64,000 bases of DNA from the human T2T-CHM13v2.0 reference genome, Homo sapiens, in assembly GCF_009914755.1 (NCBI RefSeq), contig NC_060929.1, one strand, 5' to 3'. Within the stretch, counting starts at the first letter, position 1, and every line of letters starts with the position of its first letter. Below are positions 33,326 through 53,077 of this stretch, piece by piece. The position numbers and the translations under genes were made by a program. The notes beneath the pieces were generated by a model. It saw only the letters and a program-made list of their open reading frames with translations. It was not told the origin of the DNA and ran no database searches.

Positions 33326-35742
33326 ACAACTGCCATAGACTTTTCCCTTCCCTTTGCCTAAAACAGGAGTTCCTGGCTTGGTTGTTCCCTGGAAGCTTCT
33401 TTGAGTATTTTTGAGGGGGTGGGGAGTGGAAGCTGTGGCTAGGTTGAAGGAGAGGGAGGGAGGCTCTCCAGCCTGGTTCAAAGATCTAAGCAACGTCAGG
33501 GAGTGTGGGTGGGGGCAGTCCACCACTCCATGTCCTTCCCACAGGGGCTGGGGAATTAACAAATTTTTGCCCCACCCCGGACTTGCCGGAGGTGTGAAGG
33601 ACAGTTCTGGGAGAGACCTGGAGGCCAGCCGCATGTTTTGGAGGGCTACTGTTTGAGGTAGTGTCCTCCTCTGGCCTGGGCAGAGACACAGGCGGAAGGG
33701 CAGGCCAAGCGGTGGGGGTTTCCCCAAGCAGGCTGTCTTGAGGTAGAAAGCTGCATTTTCAGGAAGTCAGAGTCCCCAGAAGTCAGCCAGTGGGCAGAGG
33801 CCTGGGTCTCTGGACCGGGAGCTGCTGATGCTGATCAAAATCAGCAAGTGCTTAAGAGTACCTAGTGGGCCTAGCTCAGTGCTGGGGACAGAAAGCACAG
33901 GCCCTGTCCCTGGGGAGCTTGTCCTTTGTCAGCAGGATGCAGGTGCTACACAGGAAGGTGTCTGTTATGGGAGGTGCAGCCTGGCTTTGCCAAAACACCC
34001 AGGCTTTGCCCGAGGACATCTGTGACCCCAGGCGAGTGAGCCTCAGAGCCCTTATCATAGAGTTCTGCCCTGGGTCCTCCCAGGGAGTTGATGATCTGTA
34101 GATGTGACTCCTTCCCGAGACTCATGGAGCCCTGGGGGGTGAAGGGAACCCCAGAGGTGAGTGGGGCAGGAGGTGGGGAGTGTCGGGTAAAGCAGGCCAC
34201 CCTGAGCTGGAAGCCTGGATGGTGGGAGTGGGGATTCAGCTGTCAGCTCCTCTATAGGCTGTGGTGACAAATTAGTACATCCCTAGTTGCATGTACCACT
34301 GAGGCCCTTCACCAATGTGTAGCACTTAGTCCCTGGGGAAGGGGCCTGAGAGAAGCCTCTGCTGCCAGCAAGAGGGTGTCCCCCAGACCCAGTGTCCTTG
34401 AAAGTCCCTCTATATGGAGTGCCACCCCCCACTCCCCCAAAAAACACAGCGAGTGGAGATGCAGCTTCTTAGCTCAACCCATGCTTTTAAAAATGGAATC
34501 CTCCTTCTACCCTGGGTGAAGGGTAAAGACAGGGGTGGCCAGATTGTGTTGGGGCTCCAAACCACAGGATAAATAAGATGCCTTCTGAGGAGCAGAGGTG
34601 TTATCCAGATGTTTGAAATGCCATTTTATAGTAGAACAATGAAGGCGTATGGTACAGTAAAATGCAAAATGCCCATAATTTGATAGATAAAACAGGAGAA
34701 TCCAAAAAAAGGTTTTGTGCTTGCCCTTGTGGTTTTGAGCCAAGTTTCCAGCCCACCAGCAGTTCCTTTGCTACCCTGTGAGGCAGGCGGGTTGGGGCGA
34801 GCCCTTCCGCTAGGCTAAGTGCCTGCTTTCTGAGACTCACACTGCCTTTCTCTGGGGTGGGGGGCAGGATCCACTTCTATAGTTGGAAACGTTGCTGCTC
34901 CGCCAGCTGGAAGGGCCTCCTGGCCTCTGGGACTTGTCTTGCAAAAGAAATGTGTGTAATAAATTCTCTTTAAGAGCAGGAAGTGCTGTTATCCTCATGA
35001 AAATAAAAGAAAGAGACGTTGAGTGGGGTTTTTTTTTTTTTTAAGTGTCTTACGAACTTAGCCTAGTGGTAGCTTGCAACACAACTGGGCAGGGGGTAGC
35101 TATTCTCATAGCCCTTCTTTCGTGTTTTATACTGAATTTTAACTGCATAAGTTTGCTCTTGGCTGGGAAACTCTTTATCAGGTTCCGGCCCAGAAAAGAT
35201 TTTTTAAAAGAAGAGCCCTCTGTGTCTTGCAAGCAGTATTGCTGTGGTTAAAGGACAGTGGGGACCTCACACAAGTGGTTTCACCTTTCTGAATCTCAGT
35301 CTCCACATCTGTAAAATGGGGGTAATATGAATTAGGAGCCACGATATATGTAAAACTTTAACATAATACCTGACATGCCTTAACAGGGCAATTACCTTTC
35401 TCTGTTAGCTGTCGTTTCTAATGAGATGAGGTGCTCAGAAAACAATTGTGATGAGGTTGGCTCTTTAAGTACAGACCTTCAAACTTTCCTTGAGGGGTGA
35501 GGAAGAAGGCACCACTTCCAGCTCTACGTTGGGACTTTTGGTGTAGACAGATGTCCAGGAGAGATTGTCCTGGCCAAAGCCATTTTAATTGGCTTTGGGA
35601 CAGTGACCAAGACCAGTTTCTCAGTTTCACCTGGAAGAATCCTGCCAGCCTCCTGCCTCTTCTCTCCCTGCTAAGACAGGGCAGGAAAGTTTAGTCATAC
35701 TTCATACAAATCCTGGGATTCATTCATTCATTCATTCACTGA

Positions 35743-36469
<727 letters not shown>

Positions 36470-38859
36470 CTAAATTTCCTCTTGGTGCCTCTTAGTTTGA
36501 AATACTCTGTGATACAGTAGTTCACCCCTTGAGAAAAGGAAGCAGAGAACCAAAGTCCCAGGATGAAGTGTTCAAATCTTAGCTACAAATCTTGAGATTG
36601 TATATTAAACCTTGTAGCCTGGTGTCTACTGGCCATGTGGTTAGTGCACAGTGAAAGTTGCCTTTTGTCACTATCTTTATTTGCTCTTGGAGGTCACTCA
36701 TGCTCTGCTTTCTTGCAGAGTTCTTCCTAGGGAAATAGGTACAGAAAGCTAGACTTTTGAATGGTTGTGATCTGCAGTCTCAGAAAAAGACGTGAAGGCA
36801 AGGCCATGTGATGTGTTTCTGGAGAAGCGTCCCTACATCTGGGCAGAGCAGACTCTTTAGCCCCCTCCAGGGCTGCATTGGCACCCCTAGCACTCAGATT
36901 GGTGATTCAATTAGAGTTTGAAGCCTTTAAACATTTCTTCATACTGTTTGAAGAAGCTACAATTAACATCTCCTAAGCAGCTCAGCAGAACTTGGTTGCT
37001 AGGCAGCAGACCTTTAAAGACAATTTGTCAATTTCTGCCAAAAGAGAGAAAAATAGTAAACATTCACATTCTAAGAAAATTGCTTGTTTTCCAGCTTCCA
37101 ACTTTCTTGCCACAGCAAGGCTTCTCGTTCATCAGTGTCCATTTTATTCTTTATTTAGTTTTCATAAATCATTCAAAGGAGTTTTAGGAGAACATTTAAG
37201 CCTTTTCCAAGCCTGCCTCCTGGAAATTCAACACAAAATGATGTTTAGGTTACAATTGGCTGCCATATTTGTGGGCAGTTTTTATATAAATGCACAGAGG
37301 CTCTTTTGGAAGGCATGGAGTACCCAGCTGTAGTCTTGGACAGCAACCAAAGAAGGAGGTGGCTGGCCCATGGAAGGATCTTGAGTCATTCAAGATTTCT
37401 CAGCACCTAGCATGTGCCAGACCCTGCTTGCACTGCTGGGCTCCAGCCCTGCGGCTCAGCCAGACCTCATTGAGCTCCCCTTCTAGTGGGGAAGACATGG
37501 CAAAAAACCAGGAGATTCTAACACAGGGGCCGTAGAACTTCAGACAAAGCCCAAAACCCAGCCTAGGATTGGGGAAGGCTTCCTAGAGCAGATGTGGGCT
37601 GGACTGAGACCTTAAAGATGAAGTGTGCCAGCTTTACTCTGGCAAGGGAGTAGTGTCCCAGGCAGCGTTCTCCCGTGTGCAAAGGGTTAAATGTGCTTGG
37701 GAGACTGCAAGTGCATCCGTGTGGTCACAGGGCCTCATTGGCTCTGCAGTTCAGTGTGGGCACAGTGGGAGGACAGTGGAGAGCGACTGGAGGCCTCGGA
37801 ACTTGCAAAGACCACAGTCGGATTTGCATATTTCAACCCTTGGAGAAGTCACCTGATTTGGCATCAAGTTAACTCAAGGGCATTAGGCAGTGAGCACATG
37901 GCCAAAAGGGGCAGGAGTTGTGTTGGCCTGGGTTCATTTGCCACTTCCAGCACGCACACCTTGGGTGGGTGATTTAATTAACCCGAGTCCCAGGTTTCTC
38001 AACTGTAAAATAGGGATGATGGTAGTACTTACCTCACAGAGTGGGTGGAGGGGCTAATAATAGATTAATTCAGGAACAGCGTTTACACTGTCACTCTGCA
38101 CACAGTCTCTGCAAGCATGGGCTGACACCATTAAGACAGTGCTGCCCTCCCTGTGCGTCCATGATTCCTGCCTGCTAGAGCCCGTAGTGTCCAGTCTGCC
38201 ACCTGCTCCCTGCATGACCCAGGATGAAACGTGGAACTCTCTTGGAACGAGACTCTTTTGTCTTCCCACAATCTCCCTAACTGTAGTGGGAAGGGACTCT
38301 GAAGTTGACCCTGGGAGCCCTTCCTGCCCTGAGTTCTCAGTGCCAGGCCTGGTTCTGGGTCTGGACCACATCTTACCAGCTGGTGTGGTGGGACACTCTG
38401 GTCTCACCCACTCCAGCCTGGGCTGAATGCTGGTCCTTGAGCTTAAAGCCCAGCAGAACAAAGGCTGCCTGTTGCTCAGAGGCGCTTGTTCAGGTCCATG
38501 TGTTTGGGGATTTTGGCCACTGGGTATATCCATGAGGTATCTCATCCTGCTTATGGGGGTTCAGAAAGCACTGCCAGGAGCCAGCTAGGGGCCTCAGATT
38601 CATCAGAAAATTCCCCAGAGAGGCCCTCGTATGCAGTGCCAGGCACTGAGAATATAGCCGACAGCAGGACAAGGCATGGCAGGGGAGATGACAAGAAACC
38701 AGCAATGTGAGTCGACCAGGTACTTTTCAGGAGTGTAAGTGCTGGAAAGAAAATGAGGCAGGGGTGAGATGGAAAGTGGCTCAGTCAGGCAGTTGGCACT
38801 CCCTCAGTTGGTGATCAGGAAGGAATCCCTGAGGAGGCGACAGTTAAGTTACAGCCCAG

Positions 38860-39325
<466 letters not shown>

Positions 39326-40824
39326 CTAACCCACCTATGCCTCTTTAGAGGGCACATAGTGACACTGGGCTATTGTAGGGTTGATTTCTGGGGCAGAATG
39401 ATGCACTGTCCCAAGTGTGTGGTTCTCCATGGCTTCAGAGCAACAGGGCTTGGGATGATGCAGCACTTGGCTTGCTTGGGTGGGGAGAACGTTGAGGTAG
39501 TTATGAATCACTTTGGGGTCAGTTCTTCCTTGCCAGGTCCTGTGCTGGGGCCCACAGGGAAATAACCCAGCCCCAGCCCTACTGAGCTCAGGAGAGTCTC
39601 CAGAGGCCTTCGCTGGCACAGGCCCCTACTGAAGGGCCCCCTAAAAGCACGCAGTGCCTGAGTGTGCCCTTTTGCATTAACTGTCTTACTACTTGCTAAT
39701 AAGATATGCAAATTATCTGGGCTGTGAAATCTTAGCCACATTCCATCTTCTGTTTAATTAGCATTTAATTGTAATCTGGTTTTAATTTTTTCACACTGGC
39801 ACCCTAATTAAATGTTAGGGTGTTAGTCCTAACAATTAAATTATATTGGCAAGTAAAGTCTTCAAGAAACTTGACCTTTTTCAAGCCAGGGCTGTCTCCA
39901 TCTAGATGCAGACGTTAATTAGATTCTGCAAGATGCTGCTTCCAGGCCCCTCAGTCCATCCATTCCAGTGTTCTCCTTGTGGTTTTGGACCTAGATTCAA
40001 ATGAGGTGCACATAGCAGGCAGAGGTTACTGCTGAATCTGTCTGTCATGAGCCTTCAGAAGGCTGAGTGAACTGACTTAGCACCGGGCACAGCGGTGGAT
40101 GCTGACTTTTCCAGGGAGGAATGTGGGGTTGGAGTTTGGTCTCAGGCCTGGAGTACTCCTTGAAGTGGTTTCTCTTGTCTCAGTGATGTGAGTTCTTCTT
40201 TAACTTGTGATTCTCAAATGACGGTGATCACTGGGAAAGTTGGTACCTGAGCAAGTCACATGGTGTCTAGAGGTGCCACCACATTCCACAATAGCGCTTT
40301 GTGGGGGGATCACGCAGTGGGATCAGGTGACTGGGGCAGGAGGCGTTGCCAGTGCCAGCCCAGGCAGAGTTTAGAGCTTGTTCTGAGGTGGAACTGGGGG
40401 TGGAGGTGGGAGCAGCAGACAAAACTCTGGCAAGAGCAATTTGCCCCAAGTGAGCAAGTGCTCAGGGTGTGACCACTCATGGCTTTGCTCTGAGGGGTTT
40501 GGATGTGCTTGATTAAGAACAAAGACAACCCTCTCCTTCCTGCCTTCCTACCCCCCCTTCCCCAACACACACAAAGCCGGTCGAGTTAGGAGAGTGTCCT
40601 TGTTCTTGAGGGACCTTGGAAGTCCCAGCTCATGTGAAGCCACTATCTAGGCTGCCCTAAGCCCCGGCCGTCCCCCAGCTGTTTGCATAAGGTTTGCATA
40701 AGGCCTTTCCTGGGGTTGGCGCCCTGTGCTGTTTTATACCTCCACTTGTGTCTGGGGGTGCAGATAGATAACATGATTGTGAACCTCAGTGGAAATGTCT
40801 TGAACAGTCACGTAATGGCAGTAT

Positions 40825-43270
<2,446 letters not shown>

Positions 43271-46029
43271 GTAAGCCATGCTTTTGACATCTTGAACCTT
43301 TTACGGGAGTTCTTAGAGGGGGAGTCAAGTGCCTGGCATACAGCAGATGTTCAGGAAGCCATTGCTATTACCGGCCTCTGGGTAGGTTCCCCTGCCAGGG
43401 CTGGTTCAGAGATGAGTCCTCTGGGCTTTATACTCTTCTGGTCTCATGAGGCAGAGAGACCCCTGGCCGCTCTTGTCAGGAGGAGGCCACATGGCCCTGG
43501 GTCTTGCCTCCAGCTACGGAGTTCAGCCAAGTGCTTCTTTATGCAACCTGGGAAACCCTCCAAGTCATGTCTCAGGGCAGAGGGGTCTTGTGTCCTGGCC
43601 TCCCCCACCCACCAGTCTGCCTGGTCTGGGCAGCTTGGGGTTTTGGCTGTCTACTCCTGGCCTTGGCAACCTTGTGGCTCTTGCTCGATCCCATGTAGAC
43701 CAGGCCTGGGGCAAAGATCACAGCTGTTACCTCCCCTGACGTTGGCACCCTCATTTCGTGGCAGCTGCATCTGATTGGATCATAGGCACAGCAGACTCGA
43801 AGCCCCAATAGGGTGATCTGTGGGGATTGGAAGGGGAGGGGTCAGGCAATCCTGTTCCAGTGACTCCTGATGGCTGAGTGTTTATTAATACTTGTCTGGG
43901 GTCTTCGGAGAATCAGGGGTGCCCCAGGCCTCTCCAGAAGTGAGAATATGCATGCCAGGTCACTGCCACACATACCAGTGCCTAGGGTGAAGGGGTGAAG
44001 GTCAGGCCACCAGGTGGGCACAGCGAGGTCAGTCTTGATTAGGCTTGGCCCAGCGGTCTGTCCTCTCTACTTGATGTCAGTGTCATTTGGTTCCGGAAAC
44101 ATCTCCTGGCCTGGGTAATTAATTGCAGATGTTTCCACACCAGTAGCTTGGCTTCAGTCTGCCTGTAGGGTGCTTTATCTGTTGACATCAAGAGGAGGGC
44201 ACGTGTTCCGGCTGCTTTGACTTTACGAGGTGCATTCCCAGCATAGGCATGGCTGTGCTAAGCTGACGTGAGCTGGGCACTCCTGGCCTGTCCGTGATCT
44301 TTGGAGAGGATGGACTGGGGGTGGGGAAGTGCTCCCTTAGAGACATCTCCACGCCTCTTCTGTTGCTATCTCCCTCCGGCCCAGCCACTGCATCCTCCTG
44401 GCACCTCCCACTGCACAGCCCTCATCTGGAAGGCTGCCTGGTAGCTGCCCGGGTCAGAATTGTTAGAGAAACCCTGTTCTTGAGGACTTGCTATGCTGAG
44501 CCTGTGTTCATCTTTTCATTTAACAATCATATTAGCTTTACAAACTGCATGTAACTGTCCCCATTTTATAGATGAGGAAGTCGGGAAATTCTGGGGAATT
44601 CCCTGCATGGCCACCGGGGCCTAGTGGGCTGGGCCAGGAAATCAAAGGCCCCGAGAACAAGCCCTGGGCTGCCCCTGTGAGGCCCAGAGACAGAGCCCTG
44701 TGCCCCCGTCATCCCAGCATGCTGGTTCTGGCTGCCCTCCCCCAGCTGCCACCCCAGGCCCCCTCTGTCCCTCCCTCCCTGGCCTTTGGGTGGGTCTGCC
44801 CACCTCATGGTCTGAAATCTGTCTGAACAATGAGCACTTGTCTCGCCCCTCTCCAGACTGAATTGAGTGAGGGCCTGTCCTGCCCCTCACTGGGGCCAGA
44901 AGTCTCAGCCAGGGCAGAACCCACCTCTGGTGTGTGTCTGGTCTTCTAGGGTAAAGACCCCCTCCCCTCCCATAGATCCCAGCCAGCTGACGCCCTCCTC
45001 CGAGCTGACCTCCGCCGTCCTGGCTACAGCTGAGGGTGAGGCCTTGGCCTAGGGTCAGGTCAGTCCATGCCTGGTAGGAGAGCTTCCTTCAGAGCCAGAG
45101 CCAGAAGGGGGCAAACAGATGAAGAGGAGAGACCCAGGAAGGACAGCAGATACCTTCTGATTGTGAGTCCCTTCACCTTGGCTCTTCAGAAGGAGCACAG
45201 TGATCTTGATCCCAAGAGGCTTGGCCAGGTGGCCGCTGACCAGGCAAGCAGATGTGGGTAGTTATGCCAGGAAGTGGTGGGCATCCGGACACCCCCACTC
45301 AGCATGTGCTTAGGGCACAATCAAAGCTGGTTCACAACCAAATTACAGGCTGCATTTTTAAAAGAATGTGTTTGTTAAGTAACAGTTTCATGGGGAAAGG
45401 CAGAATTGTGTTGGACCGAGTGTGTTAGTATTGCTTCCATATGGAATCACCTGTTAGTGTGGGGTGTGGTCATACCCTGATAATGACCTAGAACCTTCCT
45501 TCATGTGGGCCTCTTGTGTGGGAAAAGGTGGTGCCAAGCCCCTTCCCCTTCTCCGTGCCCCCTCGACCTTATATAGGCCTTCCTCCTGGCTCGGAGGCCA
45601 TTCTCTCTGCCGGGTTGGGCCCCTGCCTCCCCGTCTCCTTCATCCTTCCTGCCCTTTTTGCTGACATTGGGTGTGGTGATGGGGAAGCCCAGGAGCCCTC
45701 GCCACAGCTCTGCCATGTCTCTGTGCCATCTAAAGCCCTGCCCCTTCCTCCCTGTCAGCGCTGAGTCACAGCTTCTGGCAGCCTTGCCCCCGACCCCAGG
45801 ATGCCTCTCAAGTAAGGGGCCTCCCCGCCCTGGCAGAGCTGGCCAGATGGAGGCCAGGCTCCGAAGCAATAACCATGGCAACCAGCGGGGGGTGGGAAGA
45901 GCTGGCTTTTTGAACTGGCATCAGGAACTGAGGGGCAGCACACAGCTGAGCCAAGGGGAAACCGTGCCCTCCTGAGGCAAAGTGCCCCCTATATTCCATT
46001 TCAGGAGAGGGGTAACATCCCAAGGTCTC

Positions 46030-46716
46030 AACACACACACACACATCACACAACACACACACACACCACACACACACCTCACACATCACACAAAACACAC
46101 CCCACACATACCACATGCACACACACAATCACACAACACATACACACACACCACACACACACCTCACACATCACACAAAACACACCCCACACATACCACA
46201 TGCACACACACACACACATCACACAACACATACACACACACCACACACACACCTCACACATCACACAAAACACACCCCACACATACCACATGCACACACA
46301 CACACATCACACAACACATACACACCACACACACACCTCACACATCACACAAAACACACCCCACACATACCACATGCACACGCACGCACACCACACACAC
46401 ACCTCACACATCACACAAAACACACTCCACACATACCACATGCACACACACACATCACACAGCACATACACGCACACACCACACACACCTCACACATCAC
46501 ACAAAACACACCCCACACATACCACATGCACACACACACATCACACAGCACACAACACATACACACACACCACACACACCTCACACATCACACAAAACAC
46601 ACCCCACACATACCACATGCACACACACACATCACACAGCACATACACACACACCACACACACACCTCACACATCACATAAAACACACACACACCACACA
46701 AACACACACACACACA
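46030..46716. repeat. CA-rich minisatellite, ~86-bp unit, ~8 copies
   Basis: Core cctcacacatcacacaaaacacac recurs at 46077, 46162, 46252, 46336, 46402, 46488, 46579 and 46665 (last copy variant). Confidence 0.92.
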
Positions 46717-46838
46717 GTGATTACTGTGTGTCAGGCATTTTCCTAAGAGTTTTGCAAACTTAATCCATTTAATCCTCTCACCAACCACATAAAGTAGGTA
46801 TTATTATTGTTGTTATTATGATGATGATGATGATTATT

Positions 46839-48506
<1,668 letters not shown>

Positions 48507-49440
48507 TAGTGGCTTCCCCGGAGTCACACAATAAGTGGTGAAGCTGGGCTTTGAGTCCACACCCTGCGGGCAGGCCTCTCCAAGCTGCCTCAGCGGCAGA
48601 GCTGTGGCCACAAAGGAAGGCTGAGCTGGGGAGGGATCCTGGGACTGCAGCAGGCACATCTTTGTATCCAAGGGATTTGGCCTCTGTCTTGGTCCTGGGG
48701 CCGGGTAACACTGTGTAGCAGGACACTCACTGCTCACATGACATTGTATCTGGGAGAAGGGCAGGGTGGCATGTGGACCTTTTGTCTGGAAAGGGTCACC
48801 CTGGGCCGCAGCCGTGTAACCAGGTAGGGCTCCTCCTGACACCAGAGGAGACGTGGCCTCAGTTCTACTCAAGTCAATGGAGTTTTCAGGCTGTTGGTAA
48901 GAAGGGGGCTTGGGCTTCTGAGAGTACGTAGACAACCCCTGCCTTGTCCGCAGCCTTGAAGGGTATGCCGAAGGACCTAGAATCCAGCTGGCACTACCTC
49001 ACTTGTTGCTGGCACAGGGCATTGCCCATGATGGCACATAGGATACCTCTTACAGGCCCTAGCAGTGTTAGATCCAAACTGCTGGGCTTTAGCTAAGGCC
49101 CCGCTACCCTGATGGCAGGAAGTGGGATGAGCTCTGGGCAGGTGGATGTTTATAGGGTAAGCAAGGCTGCGGATCAGCCCTGACTCCCATCCCCCACTGT
49201 GCCCTACTGCCCTTTGGGTCTTCTGTGTACTGCCTGTTCACCCACAGTCATCTGAGTCTCTGCAGGGTGGGCAGATGGTGGAGGAGGAAGTGAAGGAGGG
49301 GGTGGAAGGAGGTGGGCCCTGTGTGGTGTCAAAGCACACTTGTCCATCAGCTCCTGAGCTGGACTGGTCAGCTCCCTGGAGCCCCTATGGCGGCAGGCTG
49401 AGGGCCCCTCCCTTCATGACATCCTGTCTTGATTTTCTAG

Positions 49441-49601
49441 GATCCTCCCACCACTGGAAGGCCCCCCTGCCCAGGCATCCCCGAGCAGCACCATGCTTGG
49501 TGAGGGCTCCCAGCCTGATTGGCCAGGGGGCAGCCGCTATGACTTGGACGAGATTGATGCCTACTGGCTGGAGCTCATCAACTCGGAGCTTAAGGAGATG
49601 G
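49441..49601 (+). CDS. JADE2: JADE2 exon 5 (ILPPLEG...RYDLDEIDAYWLELINSELKEM)
   Basis: gattttctag| ... G|GTAGGT; 161 nt; EPC-N motif YDLDExDxxWL. Confidence 0.97.
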
Positions 49602-50356
49602 GTAGGTGACCACTGCATTAAGAATGGGATCACGGCTGGGCAGGGAGGGTTTTCTCCCCATCCCGAGAGGGACAGTGGCCCAGGCAGGGCTATGGTATGG
49701 CATGGATCTGGAGGGAGTCTCCATACTGCATTACTGAATGGGGACCTCACTGGTTAGTGTCTCTGTGCCACCTGAAGTTTCTGCAGCTATCAGGTGGGGG
49801 CAATAATAGCACATCAGTTACAGGGCTCTTGGGACTATAGTGGTAAGCATGAATGTTACATGAAGAGTTAGTGAGCATGCAGGGGAGGCTAGGATGGCAC
49901 ATGGGGCTAGGGTCAGGATGGCAAATGGGGCTGGGGTCAGGAGGTGTGGGCCACCTGGCTGGAGCCCAATAATGTGTCCCAGGAAGGGTTAACTCGACCC
50001 TATTCAGCCACACTCAGAGGTCCCCTCATACACACAGCACAAGCAGTGCCTTCTCCGTGGAGCTGGCCGCATCCCAGAGACACTTCCATGTTAATTGTAC
50101 ACATGTGTCCCTGTGGTCACAGGCAGGCTGTCTAAAGTCAGAACTCCAGGACAGGTCAGGGGCCTTTGAGATGGGATGGTCCAGACCATTCAGTTTTCAG
50201 AGGATGGAGCTGCTTCTCCCAGGTCCAACAGTGGGTGGGCAGAAACCCTCCCAGACATCTGCCCTGAATTCCTGCAACTCCAGGAGCCAAGTCCTCTTCA
50301 AAGCTCAAAGGAGGCTGGGCTCCTAACACCACCATGCCCTGCTGTCCTCCTCACAG

Positions 50357-50568
50357 AGAGGCCGGAGCTGGACGAGCTGACATTAGAGCGTGTGCTGGAG
50401 GAGCTGGAGACCCTGTGCCACCAGAATATGGCCAGGGCCATTGAGACGCAGGAGGGGCTGGGCATCGAGTACGACGAGGATGTTGTCTGCGACGTGTGTC
50501 GCTCTCCTGAGGGCGAGGATGGCAACGAGATGGTCTTCTGTGACAAGTGCAACGTCTGTGTGCATCAG
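50357..50568 (+). CDS. JADE2: JADE2 exon 6 (end of EPC-N and first half of PHD1: CDVC...[10 protein letters not shown])
   Basis: cctcacag| ... CAG|GTGGGC; 212 nt; cumulative 684 nt. Confidence 0.98.
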
Positions 50569-51816
50569 GTGGGCAGACCCCCCAGTCACCCTCACCTGTG
50601 CCATGTATACACACGCTGCCTGGCAGCGACCCCCACTTGGCTCTCCAGGGGCACTGTGGACAGAGGCCCTTAAGAAGGAGGAGGAAGGGAATGGTGAGGA
50701 TGCTTCATGGTACCATGTGCACCCAGGGCCCCTTGGCTTAGACTTGCTGGCCAGACTCAAGCCAGAGCCCATTGGCTTTCTGCACTGTCCCATCAGCCTC
50801 CCTCAGACCCTCTCCACCTTGTGCCCTGTCCCTGCCCCTCCTCCTCTGCTCCTCATGTCCTGAATTTACTAAAAGGCAGCCCACTGCTGTGACTGAGAGC
50901 AAAGCTGCCAGATTTCAAATCGTGGCTCTGCCCTTCACAAGCTATGTAACTTTAGGCAAGTTTTGTAACCTCTCTGGGCCTGTGTTTTCTCAGTTATGCA
51001 TAAATAAGAGTGGATTGTTGCACGGATTAAATTGTTTACTGTGGGTCTTTGCTTAGAACAGTCTAGTAAGGGCTATATGTATTTGTCACCATTACTGGCT
51101 TTATGTGCCAGTGCAGCCTGGCCAGGCTCCCCTTGGTTTGGGGCCCAAGGCCTTGGTTTGGGGTCTTGAGTATCTCTGGGCCTTGACTGCAGACCTGACT
51201 GGGACCTAGTGGACCCACTCTGGCCCTGATTTTGAGGCTGCCCTTATGCACCATCGCTGGAATTGACCCTGGGGAGCTCAGAGGTAGGGACTTTGCCAGG
51301 CTGGCAGGTAGGTGGGCAGTGCAAGTCTCATATAAACAAACACATCCCTTATACCCAGCAGCTCTTAGGTTCATGTGTCTCACCCAAGCCATAGAGGGGT
51401 GCACCCTTCTTCATGGGTCCCTGTGTAAGAAATATGAGGGCTCTGGGACTTGTTTCCAGGAAGTACACACCCAATTTTGTATTCAACTTAAAGGGATTCT
51501 TGGACTCTCCTTAAGTCTATTGCTGGTTAGGAACCTCCGGCTAAACTGACTCTCCTCCCAGCAGAGGGCAGACCTGAACCCGTTCACAGAGGACTGAAAT
51601 GGTGGCATTTCAGGCATACAAGCAGGCCAAGGAGGGCTTTCCAGGAGCCCTTCCTTCCTTCCTTGCATTGTAACTCCTCAGAAGTTGTACGTGCCAGAGA
51701 TGGGAGGCTGTGTAGCAGTGTAGCATGGGGCTGGCACTGGACCAAATGCAGCTGACTGCTGACCAGACACAGATTGGCCAGTTCCGCTGACTCATGACCA
51801 CCCTGCTCTCTCCTAG

Positions 51817-51984
51817 GCATGCTACGGGATCCTCAAGGTGCCCACGGGCAGCTGGCTGTGCCGGACGTGTGCCCTGGGTGTCCAGCCAAAGTGCCTGCTC
51901 TGCCCCAAGCGAGGAGGAGCCTTGAAGCCCACTAGAAGTGGGACCAAGTGGGTGCATGTCAGCTGTGCCCTATGGATTCCTGAG
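51817..51984 (+). CDS. JADE2: JADE2 exon 7 ([18 protein letters not shown]...CLLCP...[12 protein letters not shown]), PHD1 end and zinc knuckle of the PZP domain
   Basis: ctctcctag| ... GAG|GTGGGT; 168 nt, phase 0-0. Confidence 0.98.
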
Positions 51985-52094
51985 GTGGGTGAGCGTGGAG
52001 GTGAGGCAGCCCAAGGAATAGCCCGTGGGGAAGTGGGTCTGCATGGGACTCAGGTAGCAGAGCACTGGGAAAAGAAGGTGATGGACTCGCACTA

Positions 52095-53077
<983 letters not shown>

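Noticed and set aside
45982-46763. His/Thr-rich ORFs in three frames; CRISPR-like periodicity
   Set aside because: Translation of a CA minisatellite; no unique spacers and no cas genes in human intronic DNA.
49891-49938. 24-bp imperfect tandem duplication
   Set aside because: Two copies with 2 mismatches and no evident function.
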